Assembly (NCBI GenBank): GCA_965223205.1
Contig: OZ244990.1
Span: forward strand, 898,724 to 962,723
From: Candidatus Eiseniibacteriota bacterium
Lineage (GTDB): Bacteria > Eisenbacteria > RBG-16-71-46 > CAVPCR01 > CBDCWB01
Direction of reading: 5' to 3'
Length of the DNA: 64,000 nucleotides
The notes beneath the pieces were generated by a model. It worked only from the letters and a program-made list of their open reading frames with translations, was not told the origin of the DNA and made no database searches. This document shows, in pieces, positions 45,889 through 55,195 of this stretch. Position 1 is the stretch's first letter; each line of letters starts with the position of its first letter. Both the position numbers and the translations under genes were made by a program.

Positions 45889-47658
45889 ATGAAGGGCCAA
45901 GGCTGCTGCTGCAAACCAGGTGCCGCGGGCGTCATTGTCCTAGCTGCAGTGAGCTTGTTAGTGCTAGGGCTCTTCGGGATCGCCGAGAGGCGCTTTGCGG
46001 GGGGATCCGGCTTCCCCTTCGATGATGCGTGGATCCACGCCGTCTTTGCGCGCAACCTCGCCACCGGGGAAGGGATGGCCTTCAACGCCGGTGTCCCGGT
46101 GGCCGGCTCCACTGCACCACTGTGGACCTACATCCTGGGGATCGTCTATGGCGCCACCGGCAACATGCTGGTCGCTGCCAAAGTGAGCGGTGGGATCCTC
46201 TACGTCCTGGCCAACGTGCTGGTTTTAGCACTGGCCAGGCAGTGCACGAGCTGCCGCCGCGACGCGGTGGTCGTCGCGACCCTGGCTGCAATGACCGGCT
46301 GGCACGCCTTCGGCGGGTTGAGCGGCATGGAGATGCCGCTCTACGTCGCCCTTGCGATTGCCGGTCTCCTCCTGCACATCGCTAGCGGCTACGGTCGGGC
46401 GGGCTATTGGGCACTTGCGTCGACACTTGTCCTGGCTCTGTCGGCGCTGGCGCGACCCGAGTGCCTGAGTCTTTTGGTGGCGACCCGGCTCGACGCTATC
46501 ACCGGCGGCTTTCGACAGTGGCCGAAACGCTCCGAGTGGACTCAGCACCTGGGTTGGACCAGCGCCCACATAGCCATTGCCGTTGCCGCCTTGTGGCCAA
46601 CCGCGCTCTTTAACCTGAGAAGCAACGGAACGGTTTTACCCGCAACGTTCGAAGTCAAAGCCGGCGAGCACCTGCTGGGCACGGCGATGACCAAGGGGTT
46701 CTTTCAGGCAGCACGCACCGCGGTGGGCGGCGTGGCGCTCGGTGTTATTGCCTTTCTGGCCAAAGTGTTTGTCGAGAACCCGGTCCTGGCGTTGGGTGCA
46801 ATGCCGTTGTTCCGAGTCGCTCGGGGGCGGACGCTACCGGCACCCCAGCGACGCTGCCTCTCTTTTCTAGCGGGGGCCATCCTGGTCAGCGTCGTCCTTC
46901 TGGGTTTGGCCGATCCCGGCACCCAGGTTCCCTACCGGTATGCGACCCACATCTTCGTCCTCATGGTCGCTTTGGGCGCTATGGGTTGGCTGACACTCGA
47001 GGCGTCGCTGGATCCACGGCGCCTGGTCAGCCTTGCCGGTGTCTGCGCACTCGCCGCTGCCGTGGGCCTGGTAATCCTGGGGCGCTTTGCCGGCGCTGGC
47101 GCGCCCCTACCCGAGCAGTTTCCGTATCAGCTGGGTGCTGCCCCCGACGCGCCGGCGTTGGGCCCCGGTTTCCTCGGCATGATCGGCGTGGCGCTGGTTG
47201 GTGCAGCTCGCCTCGTGCCAGCACGCCGGCTTCAGGTCGCCATCCTCTGCCTGGCATTGGCTTGCACGGTTTGCCGATTGGCGGGCATGGCCGAGTACCA
47301 TGGCCGTTCAGTCGCTACCATCAACGCGCTGCACGTCGCCTGCGGTAACTGGCTGGCCCGCGAGACACCTCCGAACGCCATCGTCGGTGCCGACGACGTG
47401 GGAGCTGTCGGCTTTTTCAGCGAGCGCCGAATTGTCGATACGATCGGTCTCATCACCCCGGCCGTGGCGCGGGCCCGCCGTGCAGGCAAACCGCTCGGCC
47501 CGATTCTTCAAGCATCGGGCGTCGACTATGTCGCCACACTGCGGCCCCGCACCTTGCCGGACTTGGGTGAGATGACGTCGCCAATCTATACCAGCTCGTT
47601 GACTCCCAGCGTTGGCGCTGTCAACGACAGCATCTACGTCGTGCGCACAACGTGGTAG
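45889..47658 (+). CDS. Polytopic membrane protein, possibly a GT-C-fold glycosyltransferase (ArnT/PMT-like)
   Basis: About 12 predicted TM helices. An N-terminal FPFDDAWIHAVFARNLATGEGMAFNAG...TAPLW box resembles sugar-transferase loop motifs. The assignment is tentative. Confidence 0.45.
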   Translation: MKGQGCCCKPGAAGVIVLAAVSLLVLGLFGIAERRFAGGSGFPFDDAWIHAVFARNLATGEGMAFNAGVPVAGSTAPLWTYILGIVYGATGNMLVAAKVSGGILYVLANVLVLALARQCTSCRRDAVVVATLAAMTGWHAFGGLSGMEMPLYVALAIAGLLLHIASGYGRAGYWALASTLVLALSALARPECLSLLVATRLDAITGGFRQWPKRSEWTQHLGWTSAHIAIAVAALWPTALFNLRSNGTVLPATFEVKAGEHLLGTAMTKGFFQAARTAVGGVALGVIAFLAKVFVENPVLALGAMPLFRVARGRTLPAPQRRCLSFLAGAILVSVVLLGLADPGTQVPYRYATHIFVLMVALGAMGWLTLEASLDPRRLVSLAGVCALAAAVGLVILGRFAGAGAPLPEQFPYQLGAAPDAPALGPGFLGMIGVALVGAARLVPARRLQVAILCLALACTVCRLAGMAEYHGRSVATINALHVACGNWLARETPPNAIVGADDVGAVGFFSERRIVDTIGLITPAVARARRAGKPLGPILQASGVDYVATLRPRTLPDLGEMTSPIYTSSLTPSVGAVNDSIYVVRTTW

Positions 47659-47668
47659 CTGGGTGAGA

Positions 47669-48859
47669 CTAGTGCACGCTTAGCTTCTGCGTGTGCGAGC
47701 CGCTGGGGGTACTGATTTGGTAGAAGTACGTCCCCGAGGCCACGCGCTGCCCGTGGGTGTCGGTGCCGTCCCAGGTCGCCTCGTATTCACCCGGTTGCAA
47801 GTTTCGGTCGACCAGCGTTCGGACGAAGCGACCGCCGGCGTTGTAGACGCGGATCAGCGTCCGACCCGGAACTTCCGTCGCGTAGGCGATGCGGGTTGGT
47901 GACAGGTGCATCGGGTTGGGGTGGCTCTGACCGAGCCTCAGCCCCGCCTGCGGGCTCTGCCCAGGCGAGCCGATGCCTGACGTCCCCTCCGGGAATGCGA
48001 TCACGGCTACTTGGAACTGGCCTTCCGTGTTGGCCAGATCCGCGTCACTCATGTTGACACCGATCTTCAGTTCATTACCAAAGTCGTTGGTTTGGGACTT
48101 CATGAAGCCGCCGTCACCGATGACAAAACCTTGCTCCAAGCTGGAGGTGTAGGTGCCCATCACACAACCGAACTGCATGCTGCTGACGGGCTGACCGTTC
48201 CGGAACAGCCGGGTCAGACCTTCGGGTCCAAACCAGCCATCCGTGTACGGGCGGGAGATGAGGCGCAACGATCCGTGCGGAATGAGGACGAAGTTCTTTC
48301 CGGAGGCTCCGACGATGCCGGTCCCCACCGGCTGCGTGGTCGTATTGTCGATGATGACGAGCGAGTCCTCGACGGCCGTCGAAGCCGGCACTTGGATGAC
48401 CGTGATCACGACCTGAACGTCCATTGCCGCCAGGTCGCTGTCGCTCATGTTGACGCCAAACTTCAGCTCTCTACCAAGATCATTGGTAACTGTGGTGTGT
48501 ACACCTGTGTCTGCGTAGAAGTTGCTAAACGCCAGCGACGTTCCAAAAGTACCGAGGACCGCTCCGTAGGGCAGATCGGGCCTCGGCTGACCCACGCGCC
48601 GCAGGCGAACCATGCCGTTCGAACCAAACCAGCCATCGGAATACTCATGGCCAATGACGTCCCCGATTGACTCAGCGCCTTGGTGGAAGACAATCCACGT
48701 GTCGCCCGAAGCTGCGATCAGCCCAGTGCCGACGGGCTGGGTTGTTAGGTTGTCGATGACGAGAGTCACCGACGACTCGCCGGCGGCGCCAGCTAGAGTG
48801 GGATGAAGCAGCGCAATGCTGAGCACAGCAATGTTGAAGACACCAAACCTTGAGAGCAT
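47669..48859 (-). CDS. Secreted protein with two tandem ~140-aa lectin-like (PA-IL / LecA-like?) domains and a C-terminal sorting domain
   Basis: GGAGG Shine-Dalgarno. Signal peptide MLSRFGVFNIAVLSIALLHPTLAGAAG. Internal duplication (TQPVGTGxIxASG...DGWFGxxGxxRLxRxGQP...LKxGVNMSDxDLA occurs twice). C-terminal ...LIRVYNAGGRFVRTLVD...ASGTYFYQISTPSGSHTQKLSVH. Confidence 0.7.
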   Translation of the reverse strand: MLSRFGVFNIAVLSIALLHPTLAGAAGESSVTLVIDNLTTQPVGTGLIAASGDTWIVFHQGAESIGDVIGHEYSDGWFGSNGMVRLRRVGQPRPDLPYGAVLGTFGTSLAFSNFYADTGVHTTVTNDLGRELKFGVNMSDSDLAAMDVQVVITVIQVPASTAVEDSLVIIDNTTTQPVGTGIVGASGKNFVLIPHGSLRLISRPYTDGWFGPEGLTRLFRNGQPVSSMQFGCVMGTYTSSLEQGFVIGDGGFMKSQTNDFGNELKIGVNMSDADLANTEGQFQVAVIAFPEGTSGIGSPGQSPQAGLRLGQSHPNPMHLSPTRIAYATEVPGRTLIRVYNAGGRFVRTLVDRNLQPGEYEATWDGTDTHGQRVASGTYFYQISTPSGSHTQKLSVH

Positions 48860-49236
48860 CGAAGACCTCCATGTGTGCCCGATGGCATATGGGTGCGGTA
48901 TGCGGGACATAAGGGCAGGCCCACACTGTGTTGTTCTGCGTGTTGTTGTGCTGTGAACCGCCGTCGTTGGGCCAACTCCAAAAACCTAGTGGGCGAGGCT
49001 CCAACACGACTTTTGATCCCGCCTCGGCGGGGTCCTAGCTCATATCATTTTGACATAGAGAGGAACCCCCGAGCAACTGAGCGGCAGCATCTGGGGCCTT
49101 GGAATCTTTGTAAGCTATTTGAAAATAGCTGGTTACCAGCCGCTGCTAGCCAGAACCACTCCACGGCGTAGGACCGGGCGCCCGAGGGGGGGGACCGGGC
49201 GCCCGTTCTACCGCTGGCGTGTTCCTGTCGAGTACT

Positions 49237-49345
49237 GAGACTAGTGCACGCTCAGCTTCTGCGTGTGCGAGCCGCTGGGGATGCTGATTTGGTAGAAGTA
49301 CGTCCCCGAGGCCACACGCTGCCCGTGGGTGTCGGTGCCCCCTCA
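49237..49345 (-). repeat. Orphan ~105-bp duplicate of the 3' end of the 47,669-48,859 gene (encodes ...GQRVASGTYFYQISTPSGSHTQKLSVH*)
   Basis: It matches 47,665-47,768 with 4 mismatches and has no upstream gene body. Confidence 0.6.
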
Positions 49346-49449
49346 TCAGCGCTGCCGCGCTTTGAAGCCTGCTAAAGTTGTTAGGGATGGCTTGTTACGA
49401 GGCTGGCAGGGGCATCGGCGCTAGTCCTGCGCTGATAGGGGCGGCCGGC

Positions 49450-49872
49450 CTAGCTGTTCAGGTGCCACATCTGCACCAAGAGCGCCGCGATCGCGACGCC
49501 CCTTACCCACGGTTCTCTGAGCCGGCGAGAGGCAGCTCCGACGATGACCAGAGCGGCTCTCGGGGCCAAGGTCGCGACGACCCCGAGGCTCAGGAGCGCC
49601 ACCGTTGCCGCCGCTAGGAGTGGATTCAAGCGCAGCGCTTCATCGAAGTGACCGCGGCTCAGCGCGGCAAGGGAGCGCGTGCCGCCGCAAGCGAAACAGG
49701 CGATGCCTGTAGTTTGGCGCAGGGTGCAGCCGGTCATCGTTGCGGTCAGGAGCGGGGCGCACGCCAGCCAGCGAGACGTAGGTTGTGCCGCCAACCACCG
49801 CGGCTCGGAGCCACCCACACCAGAAGCGCGAATCCCCACCAACAGCATGCCGGCGGCCAAACCGAGCAGCAT
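49450..49872 (-). CDS. DUF2752-family small membrane protein
   Basis: The CxxTGxxCxxCGxTR signature appears as TGCTLRQTTGIACFACGGTRSLAAL, flanked by TM helices. The start codon is uncertain. Confidence 0.5.
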   Translation of the reverse strand: MLLGLAAGMLLVGIRASGVGGSEPRWLAAQPTSRWLACAPLLTATMTGCTLRQTTGIACFACGGTRSLAALSRGHFDEALRLNPLLAAATVALLSLGVVATLAPRAALVIVGAASRRLREPWVRGVAIAALLVQMWHLNS

Positions 49873-49910
49873 CAACAGCTGCACGCGCGAGCGTTCCTCA
49901 GGGTGCAAAG

Positions 49911-50618
49911 CTACCCCTGCGCCGCGGCAGCGATCAAGAAGCCGGCGACCGTAAAGCAACCGCAGCTGAAGAGGATCGGCAGGAGGACGGCTACCGCAGC
50001 CTGAGCCCGCGAGGCGCCGTGCAGCTCCGACAAACCGATGATCATGTGCACGATCGCCCAAATGCCGCCAATCACCGCACCGCACAAGGGCACTGCGGTG
50101 AGGATGTGCGGTGTCTGGGCGTAGCACACCACCCGAAACGTGGCGACCATGCTGTGCCGCGCGGCGCCGAGGATCACCAGTATCAGGTGCATGATTGCTG
50201 CACCCAGCAAGAGCCCGAGCGGAATCAAGATGGGCGACAGAAAGGCCTCGAAGAGGACGAATAGGGTGCCCTGTCCCCCAAGTTGCGACAACGTGAACGG
50301 GATCTGCAGAACCATGGCAATCCAGAGCGGGATTAGGGTCACCAGCAACGCGTACACCAGTGGGCTGCCGATCGGCCCGAAGGGCGGCTTTGGCTCCGGG
50401 CGCTCGGGGGGCACTCGCCGAAAGAAGTCAGCGGTCTCCGAGAACGCCTGCACGATCGTCTGGCTGAGCGCCGGCCAAAACCCAAGCCGCCGCCGATGTT
50501 CCCAGGGAATGCCTGCTCCACCGGGCTCTTCGAAGTCCGGCATTTGGGGGTTCGGTTCCTCGGGCGGCGGCTCGACCGGCGACGCAGGTGGATCCGGTGG
50601 GTCAAAAGCATGAGGCAT
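49911..50618 (-). CDS. Yip1-domain membrane protein with a Pro-rich N-terminus
   Basis: GGAG Shine-Dalgarno. Five TM segments in the C-terminal part are typical of the Yip1/YIF1 family. Confidence 0.55.
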   Translation of the reverse strand: MPHAFDPPDPPASPVEPPPEEPNPQMPDFEEPGGAGIPWEHRRRLGFWPALSQTIVQAFSETADFFRRVPPERPEPKPPFGPIGSPLVYALLVTLIPLWIAMVLQIPFTLSQLGGQGTLFVLFEAFLSPILIPLGLLLGAAIMHLILVILGAARHSMVATFRVVCYAQTPHILTAVPLCGAVIGGIWAIVHMIIGLSELHGASRAQAAVAVLLPILFSCGCFTVAGFLIAAAAQG

Positions 50619-50940
50619 GGCGGGACTCCGTCATAATGAATCGGCGTCGTGGCTCGACGCAGCGGCCCAGAGGCTGTAAGTCGCCTAGTATAGAATAGAA
50701 GCCGCGCTTCAGGCACGACGACTTTGACCAAGAAAGTGATCTTGGCAAAATGACGAGAATATCGCAGGGGCAATCGCTTTCATGTGCGCTTTGCCTTCGG
50801 TTGCCGCGACCAACGACTCAACCACCGTCGTACTGCACGTGGACCAGCCCCCTGGGACGGAAGCTGCAGCGTGCACCGTGCAGATAGATTGCGACAGTTC
50901 ACGCCCGATGACCATGATCGACCCTGGCCGTCCTGAGTAA

Positions 50941-51372
50941 GTGACCTTGTTTGTTCGAAACCACGAATCTGTTTTGGGCTTTGAGGGCACGTTCGAGATT
51001 GTGGAAACGGACGTCGGCGGACTTTGGGGGGATTGGACAGTTGTCAACTGGCGCACGTGTGCGGATAACCAGACGACACCGTGGCCACCTCATCAGGGGT
51101 CGTCCTGCCTTGTGACAGCGTTTGAGGTGCTGACCGGCCCTTCCCTCGCTCCTATCATGACTGTCCACTTTGTTTCTGGGCTGAGCGGGTGCTTAACCTT
51201 CAAGGAGGACGTTCAGGTCTACGGGTTTGATGGTGTGCCTACACCTATTGCTCGCCCCAACATTGGCCGGGTCTGCATTGGTGGCGAAGGGTACGATGCC
51301 TGCGACACTCAACCGGTCGCGGTTGAAAACACCACCTGGACCTCGATCAAGCGCCAGTACCGGCTGAGGTAG
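50941..51372 (+). CDS. Hypothetical protein (orphan ORF in a lower-GC segment)
   Basis: 143-aa ORF from a GTG start with plausible composition. No Shine-Dalgarno or homology was recognised. Confidence 0.25.
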   Translation: MTLFVRNHESVLGFEGTFEIVETDVGGLWGDWTVVNWRTCADNQTTPWPPHQGSSCLVTAFEVLTGPSLAPIMTVHFVSGLSGCLTFKEDVQVYGFDGVPTPIARPNIGRVCIGGEGYDACDTQPVAVENTTWTSIKRQYRLR

Positions 51373-51495
51373 TCCCTAGCCGCCTGCCATGGCACTCCGC
51401 ACAAGCTGCCTTGCACCTGCCGGCCAGGGCGCCTAAACTCGCGCGTTTCTCAGCCATCCCCGGAGTTCCGTAGCCTCCCCGGACGCCGATCTCGA

Positions 51496-54400
51496 ATGCC
51501 TGAAACTCTCGCCGGTCCGGCGGCCCCCAGCCGGACAGAAATCCTTGCCGACCTCTTGGAGCGCACGGGCGCCAGCCCGACGCTAGAGGCGCTCCTAGGG
51601 GACTTGCGCGACTCGATCGAGGGTCAGGAGCCTGGCCACCCGCCCCTTCGCCCGCAAGTTGCCGGGTTGGCCGGCTCGGCGCTTTCCTTGGTTGTCGCCC
51701 ACGTCTACCGGCAGCTCCGCCGGACGGTCTGCGTGGTTACCGAAGGCGTTCCCGAAGCCGAAGCGCTCCGGGATGACCTCGAGGGCCTCGTCGGAGCGGA
51801 GCGCGCCCTCTACTTGCCCGAGTTTGAAAGCTCGCCCTACGACGTGCGTTCGCCCCACGTCAGCATCTTGGACGCTCGCCAGACCACCCTGTCGCGGCTG
51901 GCCATGGGGCACGAGGCGGTGGTGGTCACCACGGTGGCGGCGGTGGCGACGGCGGTGCCGTCGCCGCCGGTGATGCGGCGCGGCACCATGACTCTGACGG
52001 TAGGCGACCCCATGGACGCCGACGATTTGGCCGAGTGGTTGGTGGGGCTCGCCTATCATCAGGTGCCAAACGCCGAGGCCCACGGCGACTTCGCCCGGCG
52101 CGGCAGCATTCTGGACGTGTACACCTTCGGCTACGCCAATCCGTTGCGCCTCGAGTTCGACGAGGACGAAGTCGCGTCGATTCGCGAGTACGACCCGGCG
52201 ACTCAGCGTTCGGTCGTCCGCCACGAGCAAGTGACGCTGGTGCCGCGGCGCGAAATGGTGGTCGACGACGCGGCGGCGATCGAAGCAGCCAAGGTGCTGC
52301 GAGAAACCGACGCCCAAGACGCTGAAGCCCTCGCCGTTCAGTTGGAGACCGAGGCCTACTTCGTCGACATGCAGCGCATTGCCGGTTACATCGATCAAGA
52401 GTGGGGTTCGGTGCTGCGCTACTTGCCGTCCAACGTCATCGTGTTGACCCATCGCCCCCGGCGCTTCGAGGCGCGGGTCGATGCCCAAAAGGCTGGCTTG
52501 GAAACCGGCTACGCCAGCCGGCAAAGTCACCGCCAGGCCGCCTCGCCGCCCGAGACGCTCCTGGTGCCTTGGGAGTCCATCGCCACTGCATTGCGCGAGG
52601 CGCCTGGCGCCGACATCGACCCGGTCGTGCGTACCCAAGTGCGCCTCGACGTCGAGTTGCCCGAGGGTCTCCGCCATCTGAACCTCGTCGGTGACGCCGG
52701 CGATCCCGCGGAGGACGCGGGCGACGACGTGGGTGAGGGCAGTGAATCAGCGGTCGGGACCCCCCTGGGTCGCGGGCCCCGCCACCACTTTCGCACCGCC
52801 CCCCAGGAGTCATTCGGGCGGTCCATGGAGGCGCTCCGCGAATTCCTGGCGGCGCAGGCGGCGGCTAAGAACCACACGGTCATTCTGTGCGACAACCCCG
52901 GGCAACGCGATCGCCTCCGCGAGCTCATCGTCAGCGACGATGAAGCCGCGGTGGTCGACGGCGCCCAGCCCGGCGCCTTGCCGGCGATCGACATCGTCGT
53001 CGGCCAGCTCTCGGGCGGTTTTACCTGGCGGGAGGTGCGCCTCGCCGTCTTAACCGACCACGAGATTTTTGCGCGCTTTCGGCGTAAACGCAGCCGCCGC
53101 CGGCGCTTCAAAGCCGGGCTGTCGATCCCCAGCCTCACCGCCCTCAAGCCGGGCGACCACGTGGTCCATATTGACTACGGGATTGGCGTCTACCGCCGGA
53201 CCGAGCGCCTCACCATCGACGGGCACGAGACCGACTGCCTGGAGCTGCACTACCAGCGGGGTGACAAGCTCTTCATCCCGGTCGATCAGTTCGACTTGAT
53301 CCAGCGCTACGCGGTCGATGAAGGCTCGAAGGCGCCCCCCTTGTCGCGGATTGGTGGCACCCAGTGGGCTAAGACCAAAGCCAAGGCGCAAAAGGCCATC
53401 GACGACATCTCCGAGGAACTCTTGAAGATGCAGGCGATCCGCACCGGTCGCTCCGGGTTTGCCTGCGAGCCCGACAACGTCTGGCAGCGCCAGCTCGAAT
53501 CATCCTTCCTCTACGAAGACACGCCAGACCAGGCCAAGGCGACCGCCGACATCAAAGAAGACATGGAAGCGGCGCGGCCGATGGACCGCCTGATCTGCGG
53601 CGATGTTGGCTTTGGCAAGACCGAAGTGGCGGTGCGCGCCGCCTTCAAAGCTGTGCAATCCGGCAAACAGGTTGGCGTGTTGGTGCCCACTACCATTCTA
53701 GCGAGTCAGCACCACGACACCTTCTCCGATCGGCTGGGCGAGTTCCCGTTGAAAGTGGAACTCTTATCGCGCTTTCGCACGACGGCCGAGCAGCGCCAAG
53801 TGGTGGCCGGCGTCAAGGCGGGGGAAGTCGACATTGTCATCGGCACCCACCGCCTGCTCCAGAAAGACGTCGAGTTCAAAGAGCTCGGTTTGATCATCGT
53901 GGATGAGGAACAGCGCTTTGGCGTCCGCCACAAGGAACGCCTCAAGCAGCTCAAAGAACTGGCCGACGTCTTGACCCTGACCGCCACCCCCATCCCGCGC
54001 ACCATGCACCAGGCTCTCCTCGGCACGCGGGACATTTCGCTCATCACCACACCGCCTCGCGACCGGGTGCCGGTGATGACCGAAATCGTTGAGTTCGACC
54101 GCGATCTCATCGCCGATGCCTTGCTGCGCGAAACCGACCGCGGCGGCCAGTCCTTCTTCGTTCACAATCGCGTGCAATCGATCGACGCTACGGCGCGCTT
54201 TCTCCGTCGCTTTTGCCCGCAGCTGCGCTTCGGCATCGCCCATGGCCAGATGAGTGAGCGGGGCCTCGAGCAGGTCATCATCGACTTCGTCGACCGCAAG
54301 TACGACGTGCTGGTAACCACCATGATCATCGAGTCGGGCATCGACATGCCGACGGTCAACACGCTCTTGGTCAACCGCGCCGACCGCTTCGGCCTCGGTC

Positions 54401-55149
54401 AGCTCTACCAACTGCGCGGGCGCGTCGGGCGCTCCAACCAGCGCGCCTATTGCTATCTGATGGTGCCTCCCCACCGAGCGCTCACCGAGACCGCTGAGAA
54501 ACGCCTCCGGGCGATCGAGGAGTACAACGATCTGGGCTCGGGGATCAAGGTGGCGATGAAGGACCTGGAGATCCGCGGCGCTGGCAACATCTTGGGTTCC
54601 CAGCAGCATGGCCACATGGCGGCGGTGGGTTACGACCTCTATTGCCGCATGCTCGAGGAGACCATGCGCGACCTCAAGGGCGACGGGGTCTCGCACGTCG
54701 ACACTCGGGTCACCACCACGCTCGACGCGTATCTGTCCGACCACTACGTCGACTCGGAGGACAAGATCGACTTCTACAAGCGCCTGGCCGAAACTCGGGA
54801 TATCGCCCAGGTGGATGAGCTGCGGGCCGAGTTGGAGGATCGCTTTGGGCGGGCCGACGAGGCGGCGCAGAACATCTTCGAGCTCCGCCGCATCAAGCTC
54901 ATGGCCGGTGCCGTGGGCCTCGAGGAAGTGGATGTGAGCGAATCAAAGATCCGCTTCGAGTTTCATCGACAGCCAACTAAATCGCAGGTTGCGGGGTTTA
55001 TGCAGGAGACCGATCAGCACTTGGAGTTCTCCTCCGGCGAGCGGTTTACCGTGCGCGCCACGCGTTTCAAGGGGGAACCCCTGACTACCACTCGCCACCT
55101 CCTCGAAGCTCTGGCGCGGGCCGATGACCAGACTGAGGAGCCGAATTGA
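51496..55149 (+). CDS. mfd: Transcription-repair coupling factor Mfd
   Basis: 1217 aa. UvrB-homology N-terminus. RNAP-interacting domain. SF2 translocase motifs (GDVGFGKTEVAVRAAF, DEEQRFGV, LTLTATPIPRT). TRG motif region. Confidence 0.9.
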   Translation: MPETLAGPAAPSRTEILADLLERTGASPTLEALLGDLRDSIEGQEPGHPPLRPQVAGLAGSALSLVVAHVYRQLRRTVCVVTEGVPEAEALRDDLEGLVGAERALYLPEFESSPYDVRSPHVSILDARQTTLSRLAMGHEAVVVTTVAAVATAVPSPPVMRRGTMTLTVGDPMDADDLAEWLVGLAYHQVPNAEAHGDFARRGSILDVYTFGYANPLRLEFDEDEVASIREYDPATQRSVVRHEQVTLVPRREMVVDDAAAIEAAKVLRETDAQDAEALAVQLETEAYFVDMQRIAGYIDQEWGSVLRYLPSNVIVLTHRPRRFEARVDAQKAGLETGYASRQSHRQAASPPETLLVPWESIATALREAPGADIDPVVRTQVRLDVELPEGLRHLNLVGDAGDPAEDAGDDVGEGSESAVGTPLGRGPRHHFRTAPQESFGRSMEALREFLAAQAAAKNHTVILCDNPGQRDRLRELIVSDDEAAVVDGAQPGALPAIDIVVGQLSGGFTWREVRLAVLTDHEIFARFRRKRSRRRRFKAGLSIPSLTALKPGDHVVHIDYGIGVYRRTERLTIDGHETDCLELHYQRGDKLFIPVDQFDLIQRYAVDEGSKAPPLSRIGGTQWAKTKAKAQKAIDDISEELLKMQAIRTGRSGFACEPDNVWQRQLESSFLYEDTPDQAKATADIKEDMEAARPMDRLICGDVGFGKTEVAVRAAFKAVQSGKQVGVLVPTTILASQHHDTFSDRLGEFPLKVELLSRFRTTAEQRQVVAGVKAGEVDIVIGTHRLLQKDVEFKELGLIIVDEEQRFGVRHKERLKQLKELADVLTLTATPIPRTMHQALLGTRDISLITTPPRDRVPVMTEIVEFDRDLIADALLRETDRGGQSFFVHNRVQSIDATARFLRRFCPQLRFGIAHGQMSERGLEQVIIDFVDRKYDVLVTTMIIESGIDMPTVNTLLVNRADRFGLGQLYQLRGRVGRSNQRAYCYLMVPPHRALTETAEKRLRAIEEYNDLGSGIKVAMKDLEIRGAGNILGSQQHGHMAAVGYDLYCRMLEETMRDLKGDGVSHVDTRVTTTLDAYLSDHYVDSEDKIDFYKRLAETRDIAQVDELRAELEDRFGRADEAAQNIFELRRIKLMAGAVGLEEVDVSESKIRFEFHRQPTKSQVAGFMQETDQHLEFSSGERFTVRATRFKGEPLTTTRHLLEALARADDQTEEPN

Positions 55150-55195
55150 CGGCGCCCACCGAGAGTGGCAGAGTACAGAAGCCCCACGGAATGTC

